From the NCBI RefSeq assembly GCF_009834535.1, contig NC_045696.1, positions 37,202,001 through 37,266,000 of the forward strand: DNA of 64,000 nucleotides. The letters are read 5' to 3'. How positions within the stretch are numbered: position 1 is the stretch's first letter; each line of letters begins with the position of its first letter. Of this stretch, positions 15,035 through 28,000 are shown piece after piece. The position numbers and the translations under genes were made by a program. The notes beneath the pieces were generated by a model that searched no databases, was not told the DNA's origin, and saw only the letters and a program-made list of their open reading frames with translations. This DNA is from Camelus ferus (lineage: Eukaryota).

Positions 15035-15495
15035 CTTTCTTTTTTAATTGAAATATAGTTGATTTACAATGTTGTGTTAGGTTTTGGTGTACAGCATAGT
15101 GATTCAGTTATATATATATGTATATATATATATTTATATATATATAAAAATGTATTCTTTTTCATTTTAGGTTACTACAAGGTATTGAATATAGTTCCCT
15201 GTACTAAACAGTAGGTCCTTGTTATTCATCTATTTTATATATAGTAGTGTATTTCTGCAAATCCCAAACTCCTAATTTATCCCTCCCCCGACTTTGCCTC
15301 TTTGGTAACCATAAGTTTGTTTTCTATTTCTATGCATCTGTTTCTGTTCATTAAATAAGCTCATTTGTATCATTTTTTTTAAAGATTTCACTTATACTTG
15401 ATATCATATGATATTTGTCTTTCTCTGACTTACTTCATTTAGTATGATAATCTCTAGTTCCATCCATATTGCTTCAAACGGCATTATTAATTCTT
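15035..15495 (-). mobile_element. LINE-1 3' end fragment
   Basis: TTTAATTGAAATATAGTTGATTTACAATGTTGTGTTAG..., homologous to 2500-2920; internal (TA)n expansion at ~15109-15146. Confidence 0.92.
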
Positions 15496-17482
15496 TAAGG
15501 ATTTCAGTATTTTCATTAAATTAGCTCAACTATGCCTATTACCCTTTTAATATCAACTACAATGGCTTATTTGCCTTAATTTCAAATAAAATCAAACTAA
15601 AAATTATATTGAATTCTAGTGTGTAAGATTTATATATTAATTTTATTTGAAAATAATTATTCAAAATCATGTTCTCTTTTCTTCATATTAGTGATAGGTG
15701 ACTATTAGTTGCATCAGATACCTTGAAGATATCTTAAGAAAAGAACATTTTCATAGACCTTTGCAAAAATATGTTTTTGTTGTTGACAAAAATTCCCACT
15801 GCTCTAGAGAAAATATGTTAGTAATGAAATGCTAGTAGCAGTATAACTTTTATAATTACCATACTGTCTACATGCATCACTTCAAGACTTCTCGCCCAAA
15901 TATCTTTGTGGAACAGGTGATAAAACTGAAGAAAGTAGAAAATTAAAGAGAAATATTATTAACCTAATCTGATTAATGGTGATGATAAGCATGGGAATAT
16001 TTACACAAAGTGTTTTCTTGAGGTGTTGAAAAGTTTGTAAATAAATGAAAATATAAAAGATACTGAAAGAGACAATTTTCTGATAATCATGGCTGTGTAC
16101 AAATCTGTGGGTGTGGAATTCAGAGAGTTCTAAGCCAGTTAAAAATGACAGATGTCACTCTGTAAAAACACTGATACGTAAGACAATTTCTATGTTGAAC
16201 AGATACACAATGACTGAAAATTTTTGAGTATAGAACAGAAGTAGAGTCGTGTGGTCACTTTCAGTCGGTTATGGTTGCAGCAACTGTGTGTAGTTGTCAC
16301 TGTAATTTAATAAACATTCTATGGGTTCTAAGCGACTTCAGTTTTGTGAATGAGACAAGTGATACACTTGTCAGTATAATGGTTAAGTGCAGGCCTCTGC
16401 TTTGAAAGTTTGATCTACGCCACTTCACTTTTAGGAAGGACTTACATTAGTATCTTCTCTAGTATTTAGTATTTTCGCTAACCAAAAGAAATCAGAGGAT
16501 AATTTTCACTTTTACAAAAAGATGCCAAAAGTGAGAATCCTGTTCAGAGTTTGTTTTGCCTGGTGCTGTTAAAGAGGCAGTGCACCACCACCCCCAGCAG
16601 TGAGAGTGGCACCACCAAGCGCCTTCCCAGAACTACCCTTAGCATCTCTACATCAAGCTGCCATGGCTTTGAATTGGATCTGTGAGCATCTGTGCTTTAT
16701 CTTGATTTATTTTGTGCATCCGTTAGCAAGATGTGCCCCAAGGTAACTGCTTCTTTACTTTAGGCCATTTCAGTTTGCAAAAAATTTCATAGGAACCTTC
16801 TACTGTTGGATAGAGAGGAAACCAGTATCTTCAGGTATGACCAGGGAAGTGCAGTTGGGAATGTCTATGTAGGAAGAGCCACTGGTACCTAGGATAACGG
16901 GAAGAACTAGGTTGACTTAAATGTATTATTCTAAGAGACTCAAGAAGTAATAGTGAAAAATAAGGTGATTTTCTGTGCAAGAAGATGACTAGAGTATATA
17001 ACATGGTGACAGAACTGAGAGTGAGTGGAGGATACTGCTGTTTTCGATATGGAGCCCAGGGACTGCTGAATTTCTGCTTTTTTTACCTTTTATGTAACTG
17101 ACCTTCAACAACTTAAAAAACCAAGAAGAGAGTCAATCATAATATTGTATAGTTTTACTGAGGCATCTGATAGGTTTTGCACCTTTTTATTACTACACGA
17201 TGCTTAAAGAAAAGCTCACTGGATAAAAACCTTCCTTTTCTGTCTTCCTCTCAGCCAGCCTGAAACTCAGTGTGACGACCGTGAATGTCCATCTTCATTC
17301 CATGTCAAGGACTTAGAATTGGACTTTGAGAAAGTGTGCAGGTGGTTATTGAATTCTAGATCAATATACAGACCAGTGAGAAATCTGGGGTTACCAGATA
17401 ATCTATTGGATAAGCACACCTTTGTATTACTCTCTGTAAAATTTCCTGTTTTCTCCCCCTAGGAAATAGCTTAACTTAATGC

Positions 17483-17878
17483 TTTTTTTTTTTTCCTTTC
17501 ATTGACCTATAGTCAATTTACACTGTTGTGTTAATTTCTGATTCACAGCATAATGTTTCAGTCATACATACACATACATATTCCTTTTCATATTCTTTTT
17601 CATTGCAGGTTACTACAAGATTGAATGTAGTTAGTTGTCTGTGCTATACAGTATAAACTTGTTGTGTATCTGTTTTATATATAGTAATTAGTATCTGCAG
17701 ATCTCGTACTCCCATTGTATCCCTTCCAACCTCCTTCCCACGCCCACCCACCCCTGGTAACTATGAGTTTGTTTTCTATGTTTGTGAGTCTCTTCCTTTT
17801 TGTAAATAAGCTCATTTATGTTTCTTTTTCTTTTTTTTTTAGATTCCACATAGAAGTGCTGTCATACAGTATTTGTTA
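17483..17878 (-). mobile_element. LINE-1 3' end fragment
   Basis: Poly-T, then CATTGACCTATAGTCAATTTACACTGTTGTG..TTTTTAGATTCCACAT; homologous to the other L1 3'UTRs in the window. Confidence 0.92.
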
Positions 17879-18851
17879 TTAAAGAAAGAATACTTCTCTT
17901 ATTAGCACAGTTGTGTATGTTTTTCTTGTAATCAGTGAATCTCCCTTGTGGAACTTAATAACACAGAGATCTCTGACTATCACAATAATAAAAATCAGCT
18001 TATTAGTAATTACAGAATGATATTTTTGTTTGTTTCCCTTATATTGTTGCTCCATGAACTGATTTAACTCAGTCTTCTGGGTTATATAGTTAGAGAGTAC
18101 TGGAAGAGATTTGCCAATTTGTCCTATCATAGGCATTCCAGCAATGGTAGTGAAAAATTAGTCGTAATTAGGTATTAGTGTCGGTGAGTCTTGGAAAGAA
18201 AATAATTCATATATAACAATGTGAGTGAAAAAGACATAGATCAAATGTTGAATTAAGCATTTGTTTATCTAAGACTCATAATATGGTGCTATAACAAATT
18301 AGTTAATAGAGCAAATAGATTGTGATGGGAATATTAAGAATGAGTCAAGACTGAAGCTAAGACCCTGGCCTGTAAGATTAGTATCAGAATCTCGTCACTG
18401 AAGATCCGAAATTTAATTTTTTCAGAGTTCTAAGGTGTTATATTCTAAATATTCCCAAGGAGCATGCTACGAGTTATGCTCAAAATAACTGATGTTGTGC
18501 TCTTACATTCTCACTTCTCATCTCTTCATTTCCTCTAGGATGTGAAGCGATATTTGCTTTTCCTGTTTCAGCCAGTTTACTAAGAAAATAATTCATAAAG
18601 CCAAATTACTTTTTTAGATAAATTTGATCCAATTTAATTAGGTTATTATTAAGATATACCAATAGGTTTTACTCTGGTTCTTCCAACTCTAATGAAATAT
18701 CATTTAGAAAAAAATATTTTATCTGTTCCTCCAATCATTAAATCAGAAAGAAATGTTTTGTTTTGTTGGGTTTGGGTTTTTGTGGCTTATCTCTTTGGAA
18801 CTTGGTAGTTTTATGGAAATTCTCACTTCCTAATTTGGAAACATAGGGTTC

Positions 18852-19233
18852 TACTATAGGTTGAGTTGTGTCCGCCTACCCTCATCCCTGCCAAAATCAC
18901 ATGTTGAAGCCCTACCCTCTAATACCTCATGATGTGGCCTGTGTGGAGTTAATTATGTTTAAATGAGATCATATGGATGAGCTTTAATTCAATTTGACTG
19001 CTGTCATTAGAAGAGGAAATTAGGACACAAAAAAGAGACATCAGAGAAAAGGTCATGACAGAGTGAGAAGGTGGCCATCTGAAAGCCAAAAAGAGAGTCC
19101 TCAGGAGAAACCAAACATCATGACACCTTGACAGGGGACTTTTAGCCCCTAGAACTGTGAGAAACTACATTTCTGTTGTTTCAGCTGCCAAATCTGAGGT
19201 ATTTTGCTATGGTCGCACTAGCATCCTGATATA
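18852..19233 (+). mobile_element. MaLR solo LTR (MLT1A/B-like)
   Basis: TACTATAGGTTGAGTTGTGTCC..ATGTTGAAGCCCTA..GAGAAGGTGGCCATCT..AGAACTGTGAGAAA..ATTTCTGTTGTTT..TTTGCTATGG; ~380 bp. Confidence 0.9.
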
Positions 19234-19785
19234 GGTGGGTAGAATGGCACAACTGACATATTTTAATAGCTGGGGCAAGAGAAGTGATTACATGCAGTTG
19301 ATGGCAGGTAAGCACAGACACAAAATATGACAACACAGCAGGACATGCTACCAAATTGTGAAAAGCTCCCTACGCTGTGGTTACATGTTAGATCTTTAAT
19401 CTGGGGGCAATGAAGAGCTATCAGGTTTTTCACAAAAAAGCAGTAAGAGTGAATTTGAGAATAAAAGCTCAAGTAATAAAAAGGGAAGATTTTGTGTCTA
19501 GTGTTAGGAAAGACATTTTGAAGAATTAAAACTATTTTTTTAAGTTTAAAAATGTTACATGATGTCCTTGTCCTTGAGAAATCTAAGAAAGGTAACTATT
19601 TTTATGAGGAATACTCCAGATTCAGAAACTTTAATTCTAAACAAATAATTACAAGTATTTTCTTAATTATAAGTAAGTTAATAAATACATTTGGCAGAGG
19701 CATTGCATGATTTTAATGTGATAAAGTAATACCGTATGTGACTTTTTCACTGCTCTATTCAACTAATGGCATCTATTTTTAATTT

Positions 19786-20046
19786 TTTGTTTTTGTATAT
19801 ATATATGTGTGTGTGTGTGTGTTTCATTGAAGTATAGTCAGTTTACAATGTTGTGTCCATTTCTGGTGTACAGCATAATGCTTTAGTCATACGTGAACAT
19901 ACATACATTCTTTTCACATTCCTTTTCACTGTAAGTTACTATAAGATAATGAATATAGTTTCCTATGCTATACAATATGAACCTGTTGTTTATTTTGTAT
20001 ATATATATTAGTTAGTATCTGCAAATCTGAAACTCACAATTTATCC
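19786..20046 (-). mobile_element. Short LINE-1 3' end with target-site duplication
   Basis: Exact 13-bp TSD CTATTTTTAATTT at 19773-19785 and 20047-20059. The tail has become (TA)n(TG)n. Confidence 0.93.
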
Positions 20047-21994
20047 CTATTTTTAATTTCATATTAAGCAGTGTTTTCTGAATATATTTTACTGATGTTT
20101 AGTGTCTATCAAAAAGAAAGCCATAAATGGATTCAAGGAACCAATTTTGGGGGTCTCATTTGAAGAATGATGAAGTCAAGGGCAGTCCGTGAACTTTGAG
20201 ATACCTTAGAAATCTTAATTTAAATGAAATCCAGTGAAGAAAAACATGCTGCATACTGACTGAAACTTGCCTGAAACACCAAGATATAAAAGTTAAGGAT
20301 AAGTTATTTGTGATATAAAAGTACCTGTAGCTCTGAGATTCAGGAAAGGAATAAAACAGAAAAAAGAAAACCCTTTGATGGATGCCCTATAGTCTCAGGT
20401 TCCCAGGAGTTTGATTCTGTTTCTTGCTTTATCTCCATTTAGGGCTGTTACGTAATCTGCTGTTCTGAGCCACCAAAGCACCTGCTGAACTAATGTTTAA
20501 ATGTGCCACAGAGCTCTGAGTCTTGCAGGCTTAATTATGAGGAAAATATAGTACTTAAGAGAAAGGTGAAAACAAATTACCTGCCTGAAACATCCTTTCA
20601 GCTTTATGACTCCCAGGACACAGAAATATTTGGTTCCTAGTTTCTAACGGCATCCATGATGTCAAGATTTAGTGTAAGGGTGCACTCAAAATGACATTTA
20701 TATTAAACAAAGTTGCCAAGACGAAGATATCTCACTATGGGAATTGCCTTATGAAAGAAATGCAAAAAAATATGACGGAGTGAGTGTGATATATAGTAAG
20801 GCAATATAATATGGTTGCGCTATCATTTAATTTCATTTTTATTTATATTAAATTTTGTGATTAGGGAATTTGGAAATAGAAGTTGTATTGCCCTAAAGCA
20901 GGCTTGCATTTGCCGACAGTTTTATGAAAAGACTGGTTTAACTGATAGTCACAACAAATTCTTGATGAATACTTCCAGGAGGAAAAAACCTCAGTGAGGT
21001 ACCTCTTCTGTGAAAGGAATTCTAAAGTTGATGGAAAAACTATGCTAGGTGTCCAGGTTCTCATAAATCTCCATAAAGGCAAACAACTTAACACAGGCAT
21101 CATATTTCTAAGTTTCAGGGAAGTGAAAATGTGCATTTCAGAATATTTTTACGGTGTAATTCTTTAAAAACCCAGAAAGCAATGAATGAAAATGTCAAAT
21201 GTCATTCTAAAATAAGGAAGGAAGCCTTAGATTGCAAAATAGTTGTTTTCTGTTGTTGTTATGTTCTGCTAGGAAACCTGGATACAGTACAGCCAAATAT
21301 CCGTGCAGGTTGAGTGATTTTTTGTCTGGATGTGTGACATTTTCAAGTGACTCTTTTCCAGGGTCCATGGAAGATCAGCTAATGGTAATGTGAGTCAGAA
21401 CTTCTTGGACTGCTTATTTTTTTTTTTTTAATGTCAAGTTCAAACAGGAAAATACTAATGGGAAATAGGAAAATATACTCTATCTTTTCTGAGTAGGTTC
21501 ATATATTTGAGAGCATTCTACTTTGTCTTATTTTTGTTTTCCCCAGTCTCACAACTGTCACAGCTGTCAGTTACTCAAATTGCCTTTTATGTTTAGAAGA
21601 TCTGAGATTCTAATCACATTTAATTAGTTTGAGTGCATTGCCTATACCTAACTTGTCCAAGCAACTTAATGATTTGAAGAATTTAAATAATGTACTCTGA
21701 ATTAATTTAATTTGATTTTGAAATCCTGTTTTTCACTAGAACAATAGTACAAAACTCAGAATTCTGTAACTAGAATGATTTCAGAGTTCTGTTTTTTGCA
21801 GAGTAGAGCCTAAGCAATTCAACAGTTAATTGTTTCCTGGGATCTGGGTGTGACGAGTGAGTGTTGGGGGTGGAATGGGTAAAATTCCCAAAGAAAGGCA
21901 ATGTGTATTCTATCTAGTTTACTTTTATCTGTATATTCCCCATAAAGTTATGTTTAACAGCCACATGAATCATATTTCAGTATCCTACTAGGCA

Positions 21995-22130
21995 ACAATA
22001 CTCACTCATTTATCTAGTCATTTGTTACTTTATTCTTTTATTCAGTAACTCCTAAGCTGCATTCTGGGACTTATGCTGGGTACCAGAGATACAAAAATGC
22101 TTAAGATACAGTTCATGTTTTTATGTAGGT
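21995..22130 (-). mobile_element. L2 3' end relic
   Basis: CTCACTCATTTATC..TATGCTGGGTACCAGAGATACAAAAATG..AAGATACAGTTC. Confidence 0.6.
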
Positions 22131-22609
22131 TATTAACTTTTTTCAAAACAAATATTTTAAAATGTTAAGACTAAAAATAGAAACGCATCTTATTCTCTGT
22201 TATGTATCATAGATTCATTTAATAATATTATAACCAGTTTTGTAATAGTGTCCCTGAAATTCTTTATATATACCCTCATTTTCTATCACTTAGACTCATT
22301 TTTGATGTTATACACATCAAATAGATTTAGTTCTTCAAATATCCTCAAGTCCCTCTTATTTTGCTTAGTGTTTTCTCTGCCCTTATTCTCTTCATAATTA
22401 TTTTTGACATGGTGAAAATTAAAGTTGTATGTTTGCTATTTTACCTTTCAAAATAACATGTACAATATACTCTTGGGAGCAGTCCTGTGACAGATATTAT
22501 TAAGAGACTTTTTTGAGAGTTTTCTTTATATTTTAGGATATAGGAAAGAAATAGACAATGTATACATGATAGCCACATGAATATTGAAAGATAATATATC
22601 ATAAATACA

Positions 22610-23027
22610 TATTTTCAGTTCCCCTCATTGAGCTAATTAACACATCTATCACCAAACATATTTAATTTTTTTAAAAAAATTTAGTAATAACATTTAAGTT
22701 CTACTTTCTTAGCAAATTTTAATTATACAATACAGTGCTATCAACTATAGACACCATGAAACATATTAGGTATTCAGACCTTATATACCTTGTGAATGGA
22801 AGGGTATTCCTTTTTACCAATCTCTCCCTAGCTGGTGACAATCACTTTTCTACATCTATTTCTATAAGATCAACTTTTTTTTTTTTTGATTCCACGTATA
22901 AATGATACCATGCAGTATTTGACTTATTCTGTCTGGCATATTTCAATTAGCATACTGCTCTCCATTTTCATCCATGTTGTTGCAAAGGACATGATTTCTC
23001 TTTTTTGAAGGCTGAATAATATTCTGT

Positions 23028-23067
<40 letters not shown>

Positions 23068-23755
23068 ACATTCTTAATGCATCCATCCCTTGATGGGCAT
23101 TTAGGGTATTTTCCATACGTTGGCTATTGTGAATAATGCTGCAATTAGCATGGAGTACAGATATGTCTTCCAGATGATTTTGTCTTTTGATAACATACTC
23201 AGTAGGGTTGCTGGATCATGTGGTAACTCTATTAACTTATTGAGTAGCCTCTATACTGTTTTCCACAGTGGCTGTACCAGTTTACATTCCTACCAACAGT
23301 GTACAAGTGTTCCCTTTTCTCCATATCCTCACCATCATTTGGTATTGTCTTTCTGATAAGAGCCATCCTAACAGGTGTGAGGTGACACCTCATTGTGGTT
23401 TTGATTTGCATTTCCTGGATGACTGGTGATGTTGAGAATTTTTTTTATGTACTCATTGGTCATTTGCATGCCTTTTTATAAGAGTGTCTGTTTAGATCCT
23501 CTGGCCATTTTTAATCAGGTTATTTGGGGTGTTTTGCTATTGACTTGTATATTTTGGATTTTAACCACTTATATGTGGATTACAAATATTTTCTCCCATT
23601 TCATAGTTCGCCTTTTCACTTTGTTGATAGTTTCCTTTACTAAGCAGAAGATTTTTAGATTGATGAATTCCCACTTATTTATGTTTGCTATTGTTACCTT
23701 AGCTTTTGGTGTCAAATCCAAAATAATCAAGATGTCAAGAAGCTTACCTGCTATA
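22610..23755 (-). mobile_element. LINE-1 (L1MA9-like) 3'UTR + ORF2 C-terminus, containing (GT)17
   Basis: TTTAAGTTCTACTTTCTTAGCAAATTT 3'UTR motif; AGCCATCCTAACAGGTGTGAGGTGA..CTCATTGTGGTTTTGATTTGCATTTC is antisense ORF2. Confidence 0.92.
23033..23066. repeat. (GT)17 microsatellite
   Basis: Read directly. Confidence 0.97.
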
Positions 23756-23759
23756 TTTG

Positions 23760-23875
23760 GATGTTACATGCAAGGAAACAACGGTAAAATGACTGGTCTT
23801 TTTGTCAGAAACAATGACAATGAAAATTTTAAGACTTTAATAAAAAGCTGTCAACTTAGAATTTTTATCTAGTAT
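23760..23875 (+). mobile_element. Old L1 ORF1 fragment
   Basis: ACATGCAAGGAAACAAC..CAGAAACAATG..CTGTCAACTTAGAATTTTTATCTAG resembles the ORF1 C-terminal coding region. Confidence 0.5.
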
Positions 23876-23964
23876 AAATATTTAAAATTACATTAAACAG
23901 CATCAAATTTGGGGAGGAGTATGTAATATTCAATATTATTATGCATGTGTGAGCATGTAAAACA

Positions 23965-24355
23965 GTATGGTAAATGCTCAAGAACTATGGATAGTCTGAG
24001 ATTTACCATAACTTGCAATCTAACATTTTAGAATTTTTACTATTTCTTCTATGTTAGGAGAAAATGTGAGATTCTTGGGTCATATATAAATTACTCTATT
24101 ACTCATGGCACAGCAAGCGCTTAAGAATCGTGTTTGCATAAGTTTTCTCTGCCCACTAAGTCCTGTGAAAACAATGCAGAGAAGTCCAAATGGATGGGCC
24201 CAGTGGGTTGAGTCACAACTGAGGAATTACAAACTTTGAGAACTTAATTATTTTATAATGTGTGCTAAGCCATCTGACCTTTGCCCCTAAGGATGTTATT
24301 TTCATATTGGGTAGTTAATGAATCTGGAGGAAGAGTGAACTCTATCTTTAAGGCC
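23965..24355 (-). mobile_element. ERVL-type LTR remnant
   Basis: GTCTGAGATTTACCATAACTTGCAATCTAACA..TATTACTCATGGCACAGCAAGC resembles an old eutherian ERVL LTR; family uncertain. Confidence 0.55.
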
Positions 24356-24429
24356 ATATACATATATACACACATGTATATACACACATACACACATATA
24401 TATATGTATATATATATAAATTAAATTAT

Positions 24430-24895
24430 CTAGAACAACAATTTGGAAATAGTTCTAACAGTTTCTTCTAAGTCTAAAGGTACGTTTACTCTATGACTAG
24501 CAATTCCAATTCCAGGTATTTATCCTAGGGAAATAAAAACATATATTTACAAAAAGACTGGCACAAGAACGTTCATAACAAAATATATAAGTAACATATA
24601 CCACTCAGTAATAATTCAAGCAACTCAGTTAAAAAGTGGGCAAAAGATTTTAAGGAAAAATCACATGAAAAGATATTCTAAATAGTCATTAGGGAATTAC
24701 AAATTAAAACCTCGATGGGTTATTTTCTAATATGTAATAGAAGAACAAAAATAGGAAATTTTGAAAATACAAAGTGTTTGCAAGAATGATAAGTAAGTGT
24801 AACTCTCATACATTGCTAGTGGGGATATGAAATGGTACAATCTCTTTGGGAAATAGTTGGGCAGTTTCTAATAACATTAAATGTGCATTTACCAC
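24430..24895 (+). mobile_element. Two old L1 ORF2 C-terminal fragments
   Basis: TATGACTAGCAATTCCA..GGTATTTATCCTAGGGAAAT (24490-24535); AAAAAGTGGGCAAAAGATTT..AACTCTCATACATTGCTAGTGGG..AAATGGTACA (24630-24895). Confidence 0.8.
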
Positions 24896-24924
24896 ACCTT
24901 TGCGCTTGTACATGTTGCTGCATC

Positions 24925-25160
24925 ACATTTGGGTTGAAGGCAGGAAGGGGAAAAGCAATAGGACAAGCCATACTTGTCTTTGTTCTCAGTTATGGGAAAA
25001 AAAAAAACACCTTGTGCAAGGCATTCTCCTGAAAGCTTTTGCTTGTATCTTATTATCTAGACTTGCGCCATGTGGCCCACCCCTATCCGTCAGAAAAGCT
25101 TGGAAAGTCAGTATTTACTACTATAGTGGAGGAGAAAATGAGGTTTGGGCATTGGTGATA
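24925..25160 (-). mobile_element. Old MaLR LTR remnant (MLT1J/K-like)
   Basis: GCTTGTATCTTATT..CATGTGGCCCACCCCTA..GCTTGGAAAGTCAGTATTT. Confidence 0.5.
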
Positions 25161-25999
25161 AAGCAGTGAGTTTGTGGGGAAAATATTTTTTGCATCCAAG
25201 AGCAAAGAGAATCTCATTCAAAATCTGTTTCCAGAACATTAGATAGAATTATCATGATTTCTAAGGGAAATCCCTCTGGTTAGATGAAATTTCTTTTTGT
25301 GTACATGTTAGAAAATGTTTGCTATGCATTGTTTCTTTTTTATCTTTTCACAGAATAAAAGACAAGCCAAATTTCTACTCATGATTCTGTTAACAAGCTT
25401 TTAATACTGATTCTATTTAAAAATGACCATATATATAATGGTTCTATAAATATATTTCAGCTTTAACTATGTTAAATGAGCCATTTTACATTCCTAGAGC
25501 TCACAGGAGGCTGAACTACATATTCTGAGACAAATCAATTATATATAACAAAAACACAGCTAATGTTCTCACCACCTACTATTTTGAACTTTTTATAAAG
25601 CATACAATTTTAAAATTATCTTCACAAATTGTTATAAGTTCATACAATAATTCATAGATAAATGGATTTTATATAGTATGGATATAAAGCAAAGCAGATT
25701 GTTCTTATGAAATTAAAAAATAACTCATTTGACTATGTAGTTTCTGGTAATTCTAAATTTTCATACCCATCAGTTCTGTAAGAAGGGCCTGCAATCTAAA
25801 GGAAATTGTATAGTCTGTTGCTTGTCTTCTCAAGAGAGATTATTCTTGATTATTCTTCATAATTACTCAACAGAGAAATAATTATGTTCCATTTTTGTCC
25901 TGTAGTCCATTAATCTTGAATTACCTGCTCTTCTCAAAATATGCCACATTTTTTTCCTTTTAAACATTTTGATTCTAGTGTTTCAATTTTCTCTTCTTC

Positions 26000-26285
26000 C
26001 TTCTTCACCTATAAGATTCCTAGTTAGCTGAATAGATTGATTTCAAAAATTACTCTTCTAGAGAATCTTTACTAACCCATAACCTGGGTTTTGTGCCCCT
26101 CTCATAGTCTCCTGTAGCCTCTGCATGATCCCCTTGTATTATAATATTCCTTATTCTGAACATTCTCAGCCGGTAGACTGTGATATCCTTGAAAGCAGGC
26201 ATTCTTTACTTAATTTTTCCCCAGCATATATGCCATATCCAAAATACCATACCAACATAATCAGTATATATTGAAGAGAAGGAAC
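26000..26285 (+). mobile_element. L2 3' end relic
   Basis: TAGACTGTGATATCCTTGAAAGCAGG..TCCCCAGCA..ATATTGAAGAGAAGGAA. Confidence 0.6.
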
Positions 26286-27898
26286 ATCTGGCTTTCTATA
26301 TACATTTATGGTCTCTCTACACAAACACACATATAGATATTTATTCATATACATATATATGCTTATAAATATACATACTTGCCTATATATGCATGTATAT
26401 AAATTAGATTAGGAATCCATCATCTGTATACATCATTCATGTAGCATCCAGCTATTTTTTATGCATCTGACATACATTTATCAATTTATACTTTGCAAAT
26501 GAAATTGGTAGAATAAAAAAGGAGCTCACAAGAGGTTAAAATAGCTATTTTGGAAAATAAGGACTAATAGAGGGGAGTAAAACTGAGAAGTTTAAATGAT
26601 TGGTATGGACATCTCTTTAAGGTCTAGAATGAGCAACCAGACATAAAAGAATGAACACATGATATGTTTAAAAGCCCAACAAGGTCTAAGGTCAAGAAGA
26701 GGAATGAAAAAAATCTGTAACAATATGCATATTTTGTTTATGTAGGAGATGAAATTTTATTGTGATATTTATGTGTGCCAACACCACAATTACATAGAAT
26801 TACTTTACTTTTTTGGATATAACTGTTACAAAATAGACCAACTAAGGTGTATAGACTTTAAAATAGACGTAAGTTAATTGTGCAGAAGAAAAATAAATAT
26901 TTGAGATTTTATCTTCAAAATTAAATTGGAAATGGAAATAAAGTTTTATTTTGAAGTTAACAAGTGAGGGTCCTAATAGCAACTGTGCACTGATATGTAT
27001 CTGCTACATTATTATGGTATTTATTTATTGAAATAAATTGAATCCATTGTTTGGGATATTTAGAAGAAAGATTCTAAATAATTATTTTACTTTTCCAAAG
27101 GATTGAAATAATTGGCTTCAGCTGCAGTGGGCACTTATAAGGCATGAGCATTGTTCATATTTTGTATCAATTTGCCATGGCTTTTTTTTCCTTCCAGTTT
27201 TATTTAGATATAATTTTTATATAGCACTATATAAGTTTAAGGTGTACAGCCTAATGATTGGACTGACCTACTGAAATGATTATCACAGTAAGTTTCATGA
27301 ACAACCATCATCTCATAAGATAGAAAATTAAGGAAGCAGGAAAAATAGTTTTGCTTGTAATGAGAACTCTTAAGCTTTACCCTCTTAACAACTTTCATAT
27401 ATAGCATACAGCACTGTTACTGATAAGTTATCATGTTGTATATCATATCCTAGATACTTATTTATATTATAAGTGGAAGTTTGTACCTTTTGACTGCCTT
27501 TATCCAGTTGCCCTTCTCCTCATATCCTGCCTCTTGTAACTACAAATCTGATCTCTTTTTGTACGAGTTTGTTTCTTTGTTTTTGAAGTATAATTGACCT
27601 GAAGCACTATGTTAGTCTCTGTTACACAACAGAGTGATTTTTTTAATACATTTCAAAATGATCATCAAGACAAGTCTAGTTATATGTCACCATAGACAGA
27701 TATTACTTAGTTATTGACTTAATTTCCCACACTGTACATTTCATATCCATGACTCTTCTATTTGCAGCAGGAAGTTTGTAACTCTAAATTTCCCTCCCCT
27801 ATTCCTTTCCTCCTCCCACTCTCTCTCCTCTGGTATCCACCTGTTTGTTCTCTCTATGTATAACTTTTTGTTTCTTATGTTGGTTCATTTGTATTGTT

Positions 27899-28000
27899 AC
27901 GTTTAAAAATTATTTATTTAAATAGAGGTACTGGGGATTGACCCTTAGGACCTTGGGCATGCTAAGCACGCATATTATCACTGAGCTATTACCTTCTCCC
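27899..28000 (-). mobile_element. tRNA-Ala-derived SINE (camelid Vic-1-like) inserted in L1
   Basis: Minus strand reads GGGAGAAGGTAATAGCTCAGTG..GCGTGCTTAGCATGCCCAAGGTCC..GGGTCAATCCCCAGTACCTC + A-rich tail, with degenerate A/B boxes. 12-bp TSD ATTTGTATTGTT at 27887-27898 and 28002-28013. Confidence 0.92.

Noticed and set aside
16540..17070. Higher-GC block as an exon or retroviral gag relic
   Set aside because: No sustained ORF or coherent splice pair; resemblance to ERVL internal sequence is too weak to call.
23426..23872. Longest ORF (148 aa, hydrophobic)
   Set aside because: Antisense reading of T-rich L1 ORF2 running into another L1 fragment. The same applies to 3339..3704, 10369..10698 and 51712-52336.
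27924..28000. tRNA-Ala gene
   Set aside because: D-arm and T-arm are disrupted, and the A-rich tail with a TSD indicates a SINE.
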